This document shows, piece after piece, positions 29,505 through 40,771 of a DNA stretch of 64,000 bases (position 1 is the first letter of the stretch; the number at the start of each line of letters is the position of its first letter). This stretch comes from an uncultured Bacteroidales bacterium. GTDB taxonomy: Bacteria; Bacteroidota; Bacteroidia; Bacteroidales; UBA10428. The stretch lies in assembly GCA_963752195.1 (NCBI GenBank), contig CAVVXI010000003.1:282338-346337 (forward strand), read 5' to 3'. The notes below the pieces were generated by a model. It did no database searches and was not told the origin of the DNA. It saw nothing but the letters and a program-made list of their open reading frames with translations. A program made the position numbers and the translations under genes.

Positions 29505-31849
29505 AGCATCCTATGCACCTTCGCTTTTGCGGGCCCGCGCACTTCCCGTTCGCACTATGTCCACTGACGTTCCTCTTTGTCATTGCTTTGCTCGGTGCTT
29601 CATTGCCGGTTAATGCCCAGATACCGAACGGCGCCTGGCGCGACCATCTTCCGTACAACGAAGGAAAACGCCTGGCGGAAGGCGGTAACAAGATCTTTTG
29701 TTCAACTTCAGCCGGAGGTTTGTTTTCTTTTAATGTTCAGGACAACAGCATCGATAAATACTCCAAAATCAATGGCCTGTCGGATGCGGATATTACAAAC
29801 ATCGCTTTTAATCCCGGAAATGAGATGCTTGTCATTGGATACAGCAACGGGAATCTTGACCTTATGAAAAAGGACAGCATTTTTAATATACCCGACATAA
29901 AAAGGAAGATTATTGTGGGGGACAAATCAATTAACAGCTGTTTCTTCCGTGAAAATTTTGCCTATATGGCCTGCGGGTTCGGTGTCGTACTCCTCGATAT
30001 GGCAAAGCATGAGATCAAGGATACCTATATGTTTGGAGAAGGGGGCACCCAGATTAGTGTAAACGATATTACCTTTGATGGCCAATTTTTATTTGCCGCC
30101 ACCGAAGAAGGCATTTACAAAGCCGATATCAACAATCCAAACCTGGTGGATTACAATGCATGGCAAAAGCTGCAGGCATTGCCCGCCAAAAACGCTTCCT
30201 ATCCCTTCCTCGCCTGGCATGGAAACAGGTTGTTTACCGTTTATCACAACCCGGTAACGAAACACGATGACATTTTGGTTTTAGGGGAGTCGACCTGGCA
30301 ATTATGGGAAAACAGCAAAGCGGAATATTACGCGTTTATCGGGGAACAGTCTGGGAAACTCGTTGTTTGTGCAGACCAGCATATAAGCCTGTATGACCAG
30401 GATGACAATCTTATCAGGGATGTCCCGGGCCAGCGTCCGCGGCATGCAATCGTGGATTCAAAAAACGGCCTGTGGTATGCCGATCCGGTTGGCGGACTCG
30501 CCCGGGTGAATGATAACGGGGAAAGCGGAATGATATATCCCAATGGTCCGGCTTTTCGCACTGCAGGGGATATGGATTCTAAATCAGGAGAATTATGGGT
30601 GGGCGCCGGTACCGAGGCCACCAAGTTTTCGGGCTATGGCGCTTATGAATTTAAGGATGAGACCTGGAAAAGCTATTACAGGGTAACAACTCCCGAAATG
30701 GAGGGGTTTTGGAATGTCTCGGAAATTGCAGTCGATCCGACAGATTTCACTCACGTAGTAGGCGGATCAAACGGCTATGGTATAATTGATTTTAAGGACG
30801 GGGCCTTTTTAAGCATTACGGATGAAACAAACAGCATCCTAAAACCGGTGGAGGGATACGGACATGCTTATGTTAACGTTACCGGCGTTGATATAGATGC
30901 GGAAGGGGATCTCTGGGTCTGCACCAATTTCAGCTATGAGCCCGTTTATCGCAGAAAAGCGAACGGCGAATGGGAATCCATTAAATTGCAATACAAGAAC
31001 TTTGGCGTGGGAACCCGCGTAAATGGCATTCTGGCTACTTCAGCCGGACAGGTATGGCTGCTGGTCCAAAATGATGGAATTCTCGTGTTTTCCGCTGACC
31101 GGGAGAATTCCGTTCAGGAGCGCTTTTTTTCTGTTGTCAACCAGGAAGGGGATCTGCTTGACAGGGTTTATTCCCTGGCGGAAGATAAAGATGGAAATAT
31201 CTGGGTAGGAACCAATTTGGGGCCTGTGGAATATTCCAACCCTTCACAGATTTTTGATGACGCAAGCGTATCCGGATATCAACCGTTAATACCGCGGAAT
31301 GATAATTCGGGACTCGCGGATTTATTGCTCTCTACAGAAAAGATCAATGACATCGTCGTGGACGGAGCAAATCAAAAATGGATTGCCACGGAGAAATCCG
31401 GGGTTTTTCTTGAATCACCGGATGGGCTGAAGGAAATTCATCATTTTACTACCGAGAACAGCCCTTTATTTTCCGATAATGTGCTCGCCATGGCTGTAAA
31501 AGAGGAAAACGGAGAAGTTTTCTTTGGAACGGACAAAGGCATCATCTCTTTTAAAGGGCAAGCTACAGAAGGAGGAGATGATTTCGGCAAAGTGTATGTT
31601 TACCCGAATCCGGTAAGGGAAAATTATGAAGGGGATGTTACGGTTACCGGACTTGCCCGGGATGTGAATGTTAAAATTACCGACATCAGCGGTAATCTCG
31701 TATACGAGACAAAGGCGCTGGGCGGCCAGGCTATCTGGAACGGTAGAAATTTCAACGGGGAAAGAGTCCACACCGGAGTCTATCTTGTCTTTTGTACCAA
31801 TGACGACGGATCAAAAACCCATGTAACCAAACTGTTGTTCATCCATTAG
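29501..31849 (+). CDS. porZ: T9SS PorZ-like beta-propeller protein with C-terminal T9SS sorting domain
   Basis: Signal peptide ending VNA-Q, WRDHLPY, propeller repeats, DGANQKWIAT, CTD VYVYPNPVR...KLLFIH; directly upstream of recO. Confidence 0.82.
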   Translation: MKHPMHLRFCGPAHFPFALCPLTFLFVIALLGASLPVNAQIPNGAWRDHLPYNEGKRLAEGGNKIFCSTSAGGLFSFNVQDNSIDKYSKINGLSDADITNIAFNPGNEMLVIGYSNGNLDLMKKDSIFNIPDIKRKIIVGDKSINSCFFRENFAYMACGFGVVLLDMAKHEIKDTYMFGEGGTQISVNDITFDGQFLFAATEEGIYKADINNPNLVDYNAWQKLQALPAKNASYPFLAWHGNRLFTVYHNPVTKHDDILVLGESTWQLWENSKAEYYAFIGEQSGKLVVCADQHISLYDQDDNLIRDVPGQRPRHAIVDSKNGLWYADPVGGLARVNDNGESGMIYPNGPAFRTAGDMDSKSGELWVGAGTEATKFSGYGAYEFKDETWKSYYRVTTPEMEGFWNVSEIAVDPTDFTHVVGGSNGYGIIDFKDGAFLSITDETNSILKPVEGYGHAYVNVTGVDIDAEGDLWVCTNFSYEPVYRRKANGEWESIKLQYKNFGVGTRVNGILATSAGQVWLLVQNDGILVFSADRENSVQERFFSVVNQEGDLLDRVYSLAEDKDGNIWVGTNLGPVEYSNPSQIFDDASVSGYQPLIPRNDNSGLADLLLSTEKINDIVVDGANQKWIATEKSGVFLESPDGLKEIHHFTTENSPLFSDNVLAMAVKEENGEVFFGTDKGIISFKGQATEGGDDFGKVYVYPNPVRENYEGDVTVTGLARDVNVKITDISGNLVYETKALGGQAIWNGRNFNGERVHTGVYLVFCTNDDGSKTHVTKLLFIH

Positions 31850-31856
31850 GCTGATC

Positions 31857-32561
31857 ATGCTGATCAAAACCCGCGCTATCGTTCTCCATCATGTTAAATA
31901 TGGTGAGTCAAGCCTGATTGTTACATTATACACCGAAAGAAATGGGCGGATGACCTGCATTGTCAGCGGCATCCGTTCAAAAAAAACTCACCTCTCCCTT
32001 CCTTTTTTCCAGCCCCTTACCCTTCTGGAGGCCGAAATTTATTATAAATCAAACCGGGAGATCCACCGTTTAAAAGAATTGTCGTGCCCGTTCCATTACA
32101 CATCGATCCCCTTTTCAATCACGAAAAGCACGATTACCCTGTTCCTTGCGGAAATATTGTGGCTTACGCTCCGCGAAGAAGAAGCCAACGACAGGCTGTT
32201 TGACTTTCTTTTTCATGCCTTTCAACTGCTGGATTCAAAGGATGAAGGGATCGCGAATTTTCACCTGCTCTTTTTAATCCATTATTCGCGTTACCTGGGA
32301 ATATTTCCGGCCGACCTGGAATCGGAGACCGATATAAGCCGGTTCAGGGACTTGAAAATTTTCAGGAACCTGCCCGGAGATACCGGAAATATTTTTCTTG
32401 TTATGTTGAAAACATCCATGGCACAGGCTGAAAAACTGAACCTTAACAAAGCAAGCCGCTTAATTTTGCTGGATGCCCTTGTAAAATACTATGAAGAGCA
32501 CCTGGAGGGCATGGGTAAAATAAAATCGGTGAATGTATTAAAAGAAATATTTAGCGATTAG
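31857..32561 (+). CDS. recO: DNA repair protein RecO
   Basis: TRAIVLHHVKYGESSLIVTLYT, FQPLTLL, NFHLLFL...YLG. Confidence 0.92.
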   Translation: MLIKTRAIVLHHVKYGESSLIVTLYTERNGRMTCIVSGIRSKKTHLSLPFFQPLTLLEAEIYYKSNREIHRLKELSCPFHYTSIPFSITKSTITLFLAEILWLTLREEEANDRLFDFLFHAFQLLDSKDEGIANFHLLFLIHYSRYLGIFPADLESETDISRFRDLKIFRNLPGDTGNIFLVMLKTSMAQAEKLNLNKASRLILLDALVKYYEEHLEGMGKIKSVNVLKEIFSD

Positions 32562-32609
32562 CCGTTAAATGGCCTTACTTTGCACCATCAAAAAAACCCG
32601 GATCCAAAA

Positions 32610-33671
32610 ATGAAAAAAGGGCGGACCAAATACAGCAAAAAAGCCGGACTTCCTCCTGGAAGCCTCGTATATACCGGTTCACGGAAAGCTTCCTCGACTA
32701 CAATGGAAATGCTGATCTATGATGAAGCGGAATGTGACAGAAAATCGGTCAATTCAATGTCGGGCATGTTGAAAAACCTCAACAAGGATAAGATAAATCT
32801 TTTGATTTTAAGTAATATATCAGATGTCACCTTAATTGAAGAATTAGGTAAATATTTTCAAATTCATCCGCTGTTGCTGGAAGATGTTCTGAATACTTCC
32901 CATCTGCCAAAAGCGGAAGCATCCGGGGACCAGTTGTTGCTTACCCTGAAGCTCTTCGTCTTTAACAGCAATGGGGAACTGGAATACCAGCATGTGAGCT
33001 TTATCCTGGGGGAATATTACGTTCTTGTATTAAAAGATTTTGAAAACAACGTGTTTTCGGATCTCGAGACCCGGATACAGAATGCCAAAAGCCATGCGCG
33101 TCATAAAACCGTGGATTACCTATTCTATCTCTTAATTGATACTTTAGTTGACTCTTACTATAAAATTATAGATGAGGTTTATAACCGTATTGATAAGATG
33201 GAAGATAAATTGCTCGGGGTTCCCCGTATCAATTATATAAAGGACATTTACGCGATCCGGCAGACCATGAGTGACATGAGGAGCGTGATATATCCCGTGA
33301 GGGAATCCCTGCTGAACCTGGTTCAGGGGGATTATCCGCTTTTAACTCCGGATACAATCAGTTATCTGCACGATGTGAAGGACCATATCAACCACATCGT
33401 CCAGATGTATGAGTCTGGCCGGGATACCCTGTCGGACCTGATCGAGCTGAATAACGCCAATATTAATAACCGGCTGAACGGCAGCATGAATCTGCTGACA
33501 GTCATCACCACCCTTTTTATACCGCTTACGCTGATAGCCGGAATATATGGGATGAATTTCCGATTTATGCCGGAACTGCACTGGAAATTTGGTTATCCGT
33601 TTGCCGGGGCACTGATGGTGATCACTGCCGGAGTTATGTATTTCATAATGAAAAGAAAAAAAATGTTATAG
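32610..33671 (+). CDS. corA: Magnesium/cobalt transporter CorA
   Basis: KAGLPPGSLVYTG, IHPLLLED, signature GIYGMNF..MPEL, two C-terminal TM helices. Confidence 0.95.
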   Translation: MKKGRTKYSKKAGLPPGSLVYTGSRKASSTTMEMLIYDEAECDRKSVNSMSGMLKNLNKDKINLLILSNISDVTLIEELGKYFQIHPLLLEDVLNTSHLPKAEASGDQLLLTLKLFVFNSNGELEYQHVSFILGEYYVLVLKDFENNVFSDLETRIQNAKSHARHKTVDYLFYLLIDTLVDSYYKIIDEVYNRIDKMEDKLLGVPRINYIKDIYAIRQTMSDMRSVIYPVRESLLNLVQGDYPLLTPDTISYLHDVKDHINHIVQMYESGRDTLSDLIELNNANINNRLNGSMNLLTVITTLFIPLTLIAGIYGMNFRFMPELHWKFGYPFAGALMVITAGVMYFIMKRKKML

Positions 33672-33674
33672 CCC

Positions 33675-34304
33675 ATGGAAGAAGGAACAAGATATGCCTG
33701 GCTTGATATGGCAAAGCGCATGCAGGCGCTGGCACAATCCGGACTTGAATACTCGGATAACAAATACGACAGGGACCGGTATCAGCAAATGAGAGAGCTG
33801 AGCCTGGAGATCATGCATGATTTTACGGGACTGAAAATGGACAGGCTGGTTGGTGTTTTTGCCTCGGAACAGGGATACCAGACCCCAAAAGTGGACGTCC
33901 GTGGAGTTGTTTTCAGGGGTGACCAGATACTGATGGTACGTGAAACCATCGACGGGAACTGGTCCCTTCCGGGTGGATGGGCCGATGTTGGCCTTACCCC
34001 GTCTGAAGTGGCTGTTAAAGAAGTCCGGGAGGAATCCGGCCTTGAAGTGGTTCCTGAAAGATTGCTGGCTGTCCTTGATAAAAAAAGGCATAACCATCCT
34101 CCGGACCTGTTCCATATTTATAAGATCTTTATTTTATGCCGGGAGACCGGGGGAGAGCTTAAAGGCGGAATGGAAACCAGTGAAACCGGTTTTTTTGGAC
34201 CCGACGAATTCCCTCCGCTTTCCGTTCCAAGGATTTCAACGGAACAGATCCGGCTGATGTATGAATTTAAAAACGATCCGCTGAAGCCCGCTGCGTTTGA
34301 TTAA
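33675..34304 (+). CDS. Nudix hydrolase with Nudix_N domain (ADP-ribose pyrophosphatase-like)
   Basis: AQSGLEY..YDRDRY, GYQTPKVDVR, Nudix box GGWADVGLTPSEVAVKEVREESGL. Confidence 0.92.
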   Translation: MEEGTRYAWLDMAKRMQALAQSGLEYSDNKYDRDRYQQMRELSLEIMHDFTGLKMDRLVGVFASEQGYQTPKVDVRGVVFRGDQILMVRETIDGNWSLPGGWADVGLTPSEVAVKEVREESGLEVVPERLLAVLDKKRHNHPPDLFHIYKIFILCRETGGELKGGMETSETGFFGPDEFPPLSVPRISTEQIRLMYEFKNDPLKPAAFD

Positions 34305-37300
34305 TACTCGTTCCAGCTTTTAATTGCAATTTCTTCGAGCGGTAATTTACACACGGCCATCAGAAAAGCGCTGGCAAGCCGTCCGTTTGTAATCAGCGGA
34401 ATATTGAAGTCAATGGCACTGCGGCGGATCAGGTAGTCATTGCTCAGTTCGGTCTTCGACAGGTCCTTCGGAATGTTGATCACCAGGTCGATCATCTTGT
34501 TCCGCAAATAATCGAGCGTATTGGGTTTCTTGTCCTCATCGGGCCAGTGAAGCATGGTGGCCGTAACGCCGTTCATTTCGAGGAACTGGGCTGTGCCCCG
34601 GGTGGCAAAAAGATTATATCCCTTTTCCGCAAGCAATTTGCAGCTGTTGACAAGTTCAACTTTTGACCGCATTGGCCCGGTTGATAACAGGATGTTTTTC
34701 TTTGGATAAGAGTATCCGACGGAAAGCATTGATTTAAGAATTGCCTCATAAAAATTTTCACCGATGCATCCCACTTCACCGGTGGAGGCCATATCCACTC
34801 CGAGAATCGGATCGGCTTTCTGCAACCGTGAAAAGGAAAACTGGGGAGCCTTTACGCCGATACAATCGAGATCAAATGCCGATTTGTTCGGTTTTTCAAC
34901 CGGAATTCCAAGGATCACATGGGTGGCAAGTTCAATGAGGTTGACTTTCAGTACTTTTGAAACAAAAGGAAAGCTGCGTGAAGCACGGAGGTTGCACTCG
35001 ATAACCTTAATGTCATTGTCCTTGGCCAGGAACTGAATATTGTACGGCCCGGTTATATTGAGTGCCCGGGCGATCTGCCGCGATATGCGCTTGATGCGGC
35101 GCATGGTTTCAAAGTATATCTTTTGGGCCGGGAAAACGATGGTCGCATCCCCGGAATGGACACCGGCAAATTCCACGTGTTCACTGATGGCATAAGCGAT
35201 CAGTTCTCCTTCGCGGGCCACCGCATCAATTTCAATTTCCTTGGCCTGTTCAATAAATTCCGAAACCACCACAGGGTATTGTTTTGATACCTTGGCTGCC
35301 AGGGTGAGATAATGTTCCATCTCATCCCGGTTGGAAACCACATTCATGGCTGCCCCCGACAATACATACGATGGCCGGATAAGCACAGGGAAACCCACTT
35401 CATCCACAAAGTCGTGGATTTCACGAATGCTGGTCAGTTCCTTCCAGCGGGGCTGGTCGATTTTCAGATCGTCGCAGAGCTGCGAAAATTTATGCCGGTT
35501 TTCTGCATTGTCAATGGATTGGGATGAGGTACCCAGGATATTTACTTTCTGGCCGTCGAGCCGCATAGCCAGGTTATTGGGTATCTGGCCCCCCATGGAA
35601 AGAATTACGCCATGCGGATTTTCCAGTTCAATGATATCCATGACACGCTCAAAAGACAGCTCATCAAAGTACAGCCTGTCGCAAACATCGTAATCCGTGC
35701 TTACCGTTTCCGGATTGTAATTGATCATTACCGAGCGGTATCCTGCATTGTTAATGGCATACAGCGCATTTACGCTGCACCAGTCGAATTCCACGCTGCT
35801 CCCGATGCGATAAGCCCCGGAACCCAGGACAATGACCGATTTATGGTCCCCCAGGTATTTGACATCATTCGAAGAACCGCTGTAGGTAAGGTATAAATAG
35901 TTTGTCTGGGCAGGATACTCGGCTGCCAGGGTGTCAATTTGCTTTACAAAAGGCAGGATGCCCAGTTTTTTGCGGTGTTCGCGCACTTCGAGCAGTCCGT
36001 CTTCCATGTATTCGTTCCCGTTCTTGAAAATGGAACGGGCAATCTGAAAATCTGAAAATCCGGCTACTTTGGCCCTCTGTAAGAGCCTGAACGGAATTTC
36101 TTCCAGGGTACTGAACTGGTCCAGTTCATTTTTAAGGTTGAAAATTCCCTGGAGCTTATACAGGAACCAGGGATCAATGCGGGTGAGAGCATGAATTTTT
36201 TCGACGGAATATCCCTTGGAAAAGGCATCGGCAATAACGAAAATACGCATGTCTGTTGGTTCTGACAATTCCTTCTCCGTATCTTCAAATTCAAGATCCC
36301 GGTTGCCGACGAAGCCGTGCATTCCCTGGCCGATCATTCGCAGCCCCTTCTGGATGGCTTCTTCAAAAGAACGTCCGATGGCCATTACCTCGCCCACACT
36401 TTTCATGCTGCTGCCGATCAGCTTTGAAACGCCGATAAATTTATTCAGGTCCCAGCGCGGAATCTTGCACACAATATAATCCAGGGCCGGTTCAAAAAAG
36501 GCCGAGGTGGTTTTTGTAATTGAATTCTTTATTTCGTGCAGGCCATAACCGACTGCCAGTTTTGCCGCCACAAAAGCCAGGGGGTATCCCGTAGCTTTGG
36601 AGGCCAGGGCACTGGAGCGTGAAAGCCGGGCATTGACCTCGATCACCCTGTAATCTTCCGAACACGGATCAAGCGCGTATTGTATGTTGCATTCCCCAAC
36701 GATACCGATATGCCTTATGATCTTGATGGCCAGCTGGCGGAGGGAATGGTATTCCGAATTGGTCAGCGTTTGTGACGGAGCCACTACGATGCTTTCACCG
36801 GTATGGATGCCAAGAGGGTCAAGATTTTCCATGTTGCATACGGTGATGCAATTGTCATGGCAATCGCGCACTACTTCATATTCTACTTCTTTCCATCCCT
36901 TCAGCGATTTCTCAACCAGGATCTGCGGCGCATAGGAAAAGGCCTTTTCCGACATTTTCAGCAATTCGGCATCGTTGCTGCAAAAACCACTTCCCTGTCC
37001 GCCCAGCGTATAAGCAGCCCGGATAATGACCGGGTAGCCAAGTTCGTTGGCTGCCTTCACCGCATCGTCCATATTGGTTACCGCAAAGCTCTGGATCGTT
37101 TTTACATTGATTTCATCCAGTTTTTTGATGAAAAGATCCCGGTCTTCCGTATCCATGATGGCCTGAACAGGAGTTCCCAATACCCTTATGTTGTGCTTTT
37201 CAAGAATGCCCGCCCGAAAAAGTGCGATGCCGCAATTCAGGGCCGTTTGGCCACCGAAGGCAAGCAATATGCCATCGGGCTTTTCTTTTTCAATAACCTG

Positions 37301-37519
37301 CTCTACAAAATACGGGGTCACCGGCAGAAAATAAATAATATCGGCGATCCCTTCGGAAGTCTGCACCGTGGCAATGTTGGGATTGATCAGTACTGTTTGT
37401 ATGTTTTCTTCCCGAAGCGCCTTTAATGCCTGTGAGCCCGAATAATCAAATTCTCCTGCTTCGCCGATCTTAAGTGCGCCGGATCCGAGTACAATGACCT
37501 TTCTGATTGATTTGTCCAT
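34301..37519 (-). CDS. carB: Carbamoyl-phosphate synthase large subunit
   Basis: GSGALKIGEAGEFDYSGSQA, two ATP-grasp domains, C-terminal MGS domain. Confidence 0.97.
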   Translation of the reverse strand: MDKSIRKVIVLGSGALKIGEAGEFDYSGSQALKALREENIQTVLINPNIATVQTSEGIADIIYFLPVTPYFVEQVIEKEKPDGILLAFGGQTALNCGIALFRAGILEKHNIRVLGTPVQAIMDTEDRDLFIKKLDEINVKTIQSFAVTNMDDAVKAANELGYPVIIRAAYTLGGQGSGFCSNDAELLKMSEKAFSYAPQILVEKSLKGWKEVEYEVVRDCHDNCITVCNMENLDPLGIHTGESIVVAPSQTLTNSEYHSLRQLAIKIIRHIGIVGECNIQYALDPCSEDYRVIEVNARLSRSSALASKATGYPLAFVAAKLAVGYGLHEIKNSITKTTSAFFEPALDYIVCKIPRWDLNKFIGVSKLIGSSMKSVGEVMAIGRSFEEAIQKGLRMIGQGMHGFVGNRDLEFEDTEKELSEPTDMRIFVIADAFSKGYSVEKIHALTRIDPWFLYKLQGIFNLKNELDQFSTLEEIPFRLLQRAKVAGFSDFQIARSIFKNGNEYMEDGLLEVREHRKKLGILPFVKQIDTLAAEYPAQTNYLYLTYSGSSNDVKYLGDHKSVIVLGSGAYRIGSSVEFDWCSVNALYAINNAGYRSVMINYNPETVSTDYDVCDRLYFDELSFERVMDIIELENPHGVILSMGGQIPNNLAMRLDGQKVNILGTSSQSIDNAENRHKFSQLCDDLKIDQPRWKELTSIREIHDFVDEVGFPVLIRPSYVLSGAAMNVVSNRDEMEHYLTLAAKVSKQYPVVVSEFIEQAKEIEIDAVAREGELIAYAISEHVEFAGVHSGDATIVFPAQKIYFETMRRIKRISRQIARALNITGPYNIQFLAKDNDIKVIECNLRASRSFPFVSKVLKVNLIELATHVILGIPVEKPNKSAFDLDCIGVKAPQFSFSRLQKADPILGVDMASTGEVGCIGENFYEAILKSMLSVGYSYPKKNILLSTGPMRSKVELVNSCKLLAEKGYNLFATRGTAQFLEMNGVTATMLHWPDEDKKPNTLDYLRNKMIDLVINIPKDLSKTELSNDYLIRRSAIDFNIPLITNGRLASAFLMAVCKLPLEEIAIKSWNEY

Positions 37520-37561
37520 AGTTTGCCGCAGCCCCGATAAAAATTAGTCCTATATTTGGCC

Positions 37562-37569
37562 CAAAAGTA
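37562..37569 (-). promoter_or_regulatory. Putative carB promoter -7 element (TACTTTTG on minus strand)
   Basis: TAnnTTTG about 45 bp upstream of the carB start. Confidence 0.55.
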
Positions 37570-37588
37570 CAAATATTTTTAAATTCAC

Positions 37589-37645
37589 CTTGCATAATTA
37601 TAAAACATTGTATAAATTTGCATCGTCAATGAATAACTATTCAAC
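37589..37645. promoter_or_regulatory. ARG boxes overlapping the argR promoter
   Basis: Cores TGCAT-AATT-ATAAA (37591-37604), TGTAT-AAAT-TTGCA (37609-37622), TGAAT-AACT-ATTCA (37630-37643). The last two 18-mers are 3 bp apart. -7 element TAAATTTG at 37613-37620. Confidence 0.82.
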
Positions 37646-38122
37646 ATGGGAAACAGAACAGAACGATTACTGGCCATCAGGAATATAATTTCCTCCCAGA
37701 AAGTATCGAGTCAGGAAGAGCTTCTCGACCTTCTTGAGAAGAAGGGATTGAATTATACCCAGGCAACGCTTTCCCGGGACCTGAAATTTTTAAAAGTGAA
37801 TAAAATTTCAGATCATGAGAAGGGCTACATTTATGAACTGCCCGATCAACATCATATACCGGGCCATGAGCTTGCTGAAAGCTATGCTGCACAAGGTTTT
37901 GTATCTATCCAGTTTGCAAACAGGCTGGGTGTTATCAAGACACTTCCGGGGTATGCCCCGAGCATTGCATCCCTCATTGACAAAGTGAATCCTTTTGAAA
38001 TTATCGGGACCCTTGCCGGGGATGATACCATTCTGATCATTCCCCATGACAATGTCACGGAAAAGGATGTTATCAATACACTGATCATAATTGTTCCGGA
38101 ATTAAAAGATAAATTAAAGTAA
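37646..38122 (+). CDS. argR: Arginine repressor
   Basis: [33 protein letters not shown]. Confidence 0.96.
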   Translation: MGNRTERLLAIRNIISSQKVSSQEELLDLLEKKGLNYTQATLSRDLKFLKVNKISDHEKGYIYELPDQHHIPGHELAESYAAQGFVSIQFANRLGVIKTLPGYAPSIASLIDKVNPFEIIGTLAGDDTILIIPHDNVTEKDVINTLIIIVPELKDKLK

Positions 38123-38123
38123 G

Positions 38124-39362
38124 ATGGATAACAAAAGGGTAATACTGGCATACAGCGGCGGACTGGATACTTCGGTGATTTTAAAATGGCTGATCGATAA
38201 GGGCTATGAAGTGATCGCTTATGTTGCCAACGTGGGCCAGGACGATGATTTTGAAGAAGTGGAAAGGAAAGCATTGAAAATCGGGGCCTCGCGGGTATAT
38301 ATCCAGGATCTCAGGAGAGAATTTGTAACCGATTATATTTTTCCGGCCCTTAAAGCCAATGCCTTGTATGAAGGCCGTTACCTGCTGGGAACCTCCCTGG
38401 CCAGGCCGGTCATTGCAAAATACCAGATAAAGATTGCGGCCGAGGAGAAAGCATCGCTGGTGTCGCATGGCGCTACCGGGAAAGGAAATGACCAGGTTCG
38501 TTTTGAATTGTCATACTATGCGCTGAATCCCGAAATAAAGGTCCTGGCTCCCTGGAAAACAGAGGAATTTCTTGACCAGTTCAAGGGCAGGACGGATATG
38601 CTGAATTATGCTACCAAACACAATATTCCGGTAAAGGCAACCGTAAAAAAACCATACAGCGAGGACGACAACCTCATGCACATCAGCCATGAAGCCGGTA
38701 TTCTCGAGGATCCTGCCTATCAGCCGGAAAAGGAAATGTTTACAAAGATTGTTCCGCCACAGCTTGCCCCCGACAAGGAAGTTCACCTTGAAATTCACTT
38801 TAAGGACGGCATTCCGATCCGGGTTGTCAATAAGGAAAGCGGGATTGATATTACCGATCCGCTTGATTTGTTCATTTACCTGAATAAGGTAGGGGGAGAG
38901 AACGGGGTGGGTATGCTCGATATGGTCGAGAACCGTTTTGTCGGGATCAAATCAAGGGGCGTATATGAAACACCGGCCGGCACGATCCTCCTGCATGCGC
39001 ATATGGATATTGAAGGGATTGCCATGGACCGGGAGGTAATGCGCCTGAGGAACATGCTGTCCCCTGTTTTTGCTGAAATCGTATACAACGGTTTCTGGTT
39101 CAGTCCCGAAATGGAATTCCTGCGCGCGGCAATTGACAAAAGCCAGGAGCTCATTGACGGTACCGTATGGCTTACCCTGTATAAAGGCAACATAATTATT
39201 GACGGACGCGAATCTCCCAGCTCATTGTACAACAAGGAACTTTCAAGTATGGATATCGCGGGGGGATTTGATCAGAAGGACAGCGCCGGTTTTATTAAGA
39301 TCAATGCCATCAGGCTCATGGCGCACCATGCCATAACAAAGAGGCAGGGAAAAACCACCTGA
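38124..39362 (+). CDS. argG: Argininosuccinate synthase
   Basis: [40 protein letters not shown]. Confidence 0.97.
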   Translation: MDNKRVILAYSGGLDTSVILKWLIDKGYEVIAYVANVGQDDDFEEVERKALKIGASRVYIQDLRREFVTDYIFPALKANALYEGRYLLGTSLARPVIAKYQIKIAAEEKASLVSHGATGKGNDQVRFELSYYALNPEIKVLAPWKTEEFLDQFKGRTDMLNYATKHNIPVKATVKKPYSEDDNLMHISHEAGILEDPAYQPEKEMFTKIVPPQLAPDKEVHLEIHFKDGIPIRVVNKESGIDITDPLDLFIYLNKVGGENGVGMLDMVENRFVGIKSRGVYETPAGTILLHAHMDIEGIAMDREVMRLRNMLSPVFAEIVYNGFWFSPEMEFLRAAIDKSQELIDGTVWLTLYKGNIIIDGRESPSSLYNKELSSMDIAGGFDQKDSAGFIKINAIRLMAHHAITKRQGKTT

Positions 39363-39433
39363 AGCAACCTGCAGTCTATTTTCAATTTTCGTTTGCTTCG
39401 GGATGATTGTTCCGGAAACACTATTTTTTTGTC

Positions 39434-40771
39434 ATGAAACTCTGGGAAAAAGGAATACAAACAGACAGGCTGATTGAGCAATTCACGGTCGGAAAAGACC
39501 GGGATCTTGATCTCCTGCTCGCCCGGTACGATGTGATCGGATCGCTGGCCCATGTTGTCATGCTCCGGAGTATAGGCCTTCTGAATGAGGATGAATTGAG
39601 CGCCCTGCGAACAGGGTTGCTTGAAATATACAGTTCCATTGAGAACGGGGACTTTACAATCAGCGACAAGGTGGAGGATGTTCATTCGCAGGTCGAACTG
39701 CTTCTTACACAGAAACTGGGAGATACAGGGAAAAAGATACATACCGCCCGCTCAAGGAATGACCAGGTGTTGCTCGATATTAAACTCTTTATCCGCGAAG
39801 AAATTAACCAGGTCGTAAACCGCGTGGAACATTTGTCGCGCGTGCTCCTGTCCCAAAGCGAAAAATACAAGGCGATACTCATTCCCGGTTTTACGCATCT
39901 CCAGGTCGCTATGCCTTCCTCCTTCGGCCTCTGGTTCGGTGCCTATGCCGAATGCCTGGCCGAGGATCTGCTGGCAATGTTTGCGGCTTACAGGATTGCA
40001 GACCTTAATCCGCTGGGTTCGGGAGCCGGATACGGATCTTCATTTCCCATTGACCGGCAGCTGACAACCAGCCTGCTGGGGTTTGAAAACATGCATTACA
40101 ATGTTGTCAATGCCCAGATGAGCCGCGGACGCACGGAGCGGATGACATCCTTCGGACTTTCCGCATTGGCAGGCACTTTATCCCGGCTGGCCGGGGATGT
40201 TTGCCTGTTTGCAAGCCAGAATTTCGGATTGCTGCAGCTTCCGGACGAATTCACCACCGGTTCAAGCATCATGCCGCACAAAAAAAATCCGGATGTATTT
40301 GAGCTGATCAGGGCAAAATGCAATAAGATACAAGCCCTGCCCGGTGAAATTGAACATATTTATATCAACCTTCCTTCGGGCTATTTCAGGGATATGCAGA
40401 TAATCAAGGAATCGTTCCTGCCCGTATTTTCCGGGATGAACGCCTGCCTTTCCATGGCTGCCTATGCCCTTGAAAAGATAATTCCCCTGGAAAACACCCT
40501 GAAGGACGACCGGTATAAGTATATTTTTTCGGTGGAGGAGGTGAACAGGCTGGTAATGCAGGGGACTCCTTTTCGCGATGCCTACAAAGAGGTAGCGGCT
40601 CAAATTGCGGAGGGTTCCTATGCCGGTGATTCCCGGCCAGCGCACACGCATGAAGGATCCATTGGAAATTTATGCAATAACAGCATTGCGCTGAAAATTG
40701 AAAAGGCAGTTGAACAGTTTCATTTTGAACGAAAAGACAGGGCCATTGAAAAATTGCTAAGGGGAATATGA
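39434..40771 (+). CDS. argH: Argininosuccinate lyase
   Basis: MKLWEKG, HTARSRNDQ, GFTHLQ, GSSIMPHKKNPD. Confidence 0.96.
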   Translation: MKLWEKGIQTDRLIEQFTVGKDRDLDLLLARYDVIGSLAHVVMLRSIGLLNEDELSALRTGLLEIYSSIENGDFTISDKVEDVHSQVELLLTQKLGDTGKKIHTARSRNDQVLLDIKLFIREEINQVVNRVEHLSRVLLSQSEKYKAILIPGFTHLQVAMPSSFGLWFGAYAECLAEDLLAMFAAYRIADLNPLGSGAGYGSSFPIDRQLTTSLLGFENMHYNVVNAQMSRGRTERMTSFGLSALAGTLSRLAGDVCLFASQNFGLLQLPDEFTTGSSIMPHKKNPDVFELIRAKCNKIQALPGEIEHIYINLPSGYFRDMQIIKESFLPVFSGMNACLSMAAYALEKIIPLENTLKDDRYKYIFSVEEVNRLVMQGTPFRDAYKEVAAQIAEGSYAGDSRPAHTHEGSIGNLCNNSIALKIEKAVEQFHFERKDRAIEKLLRGI

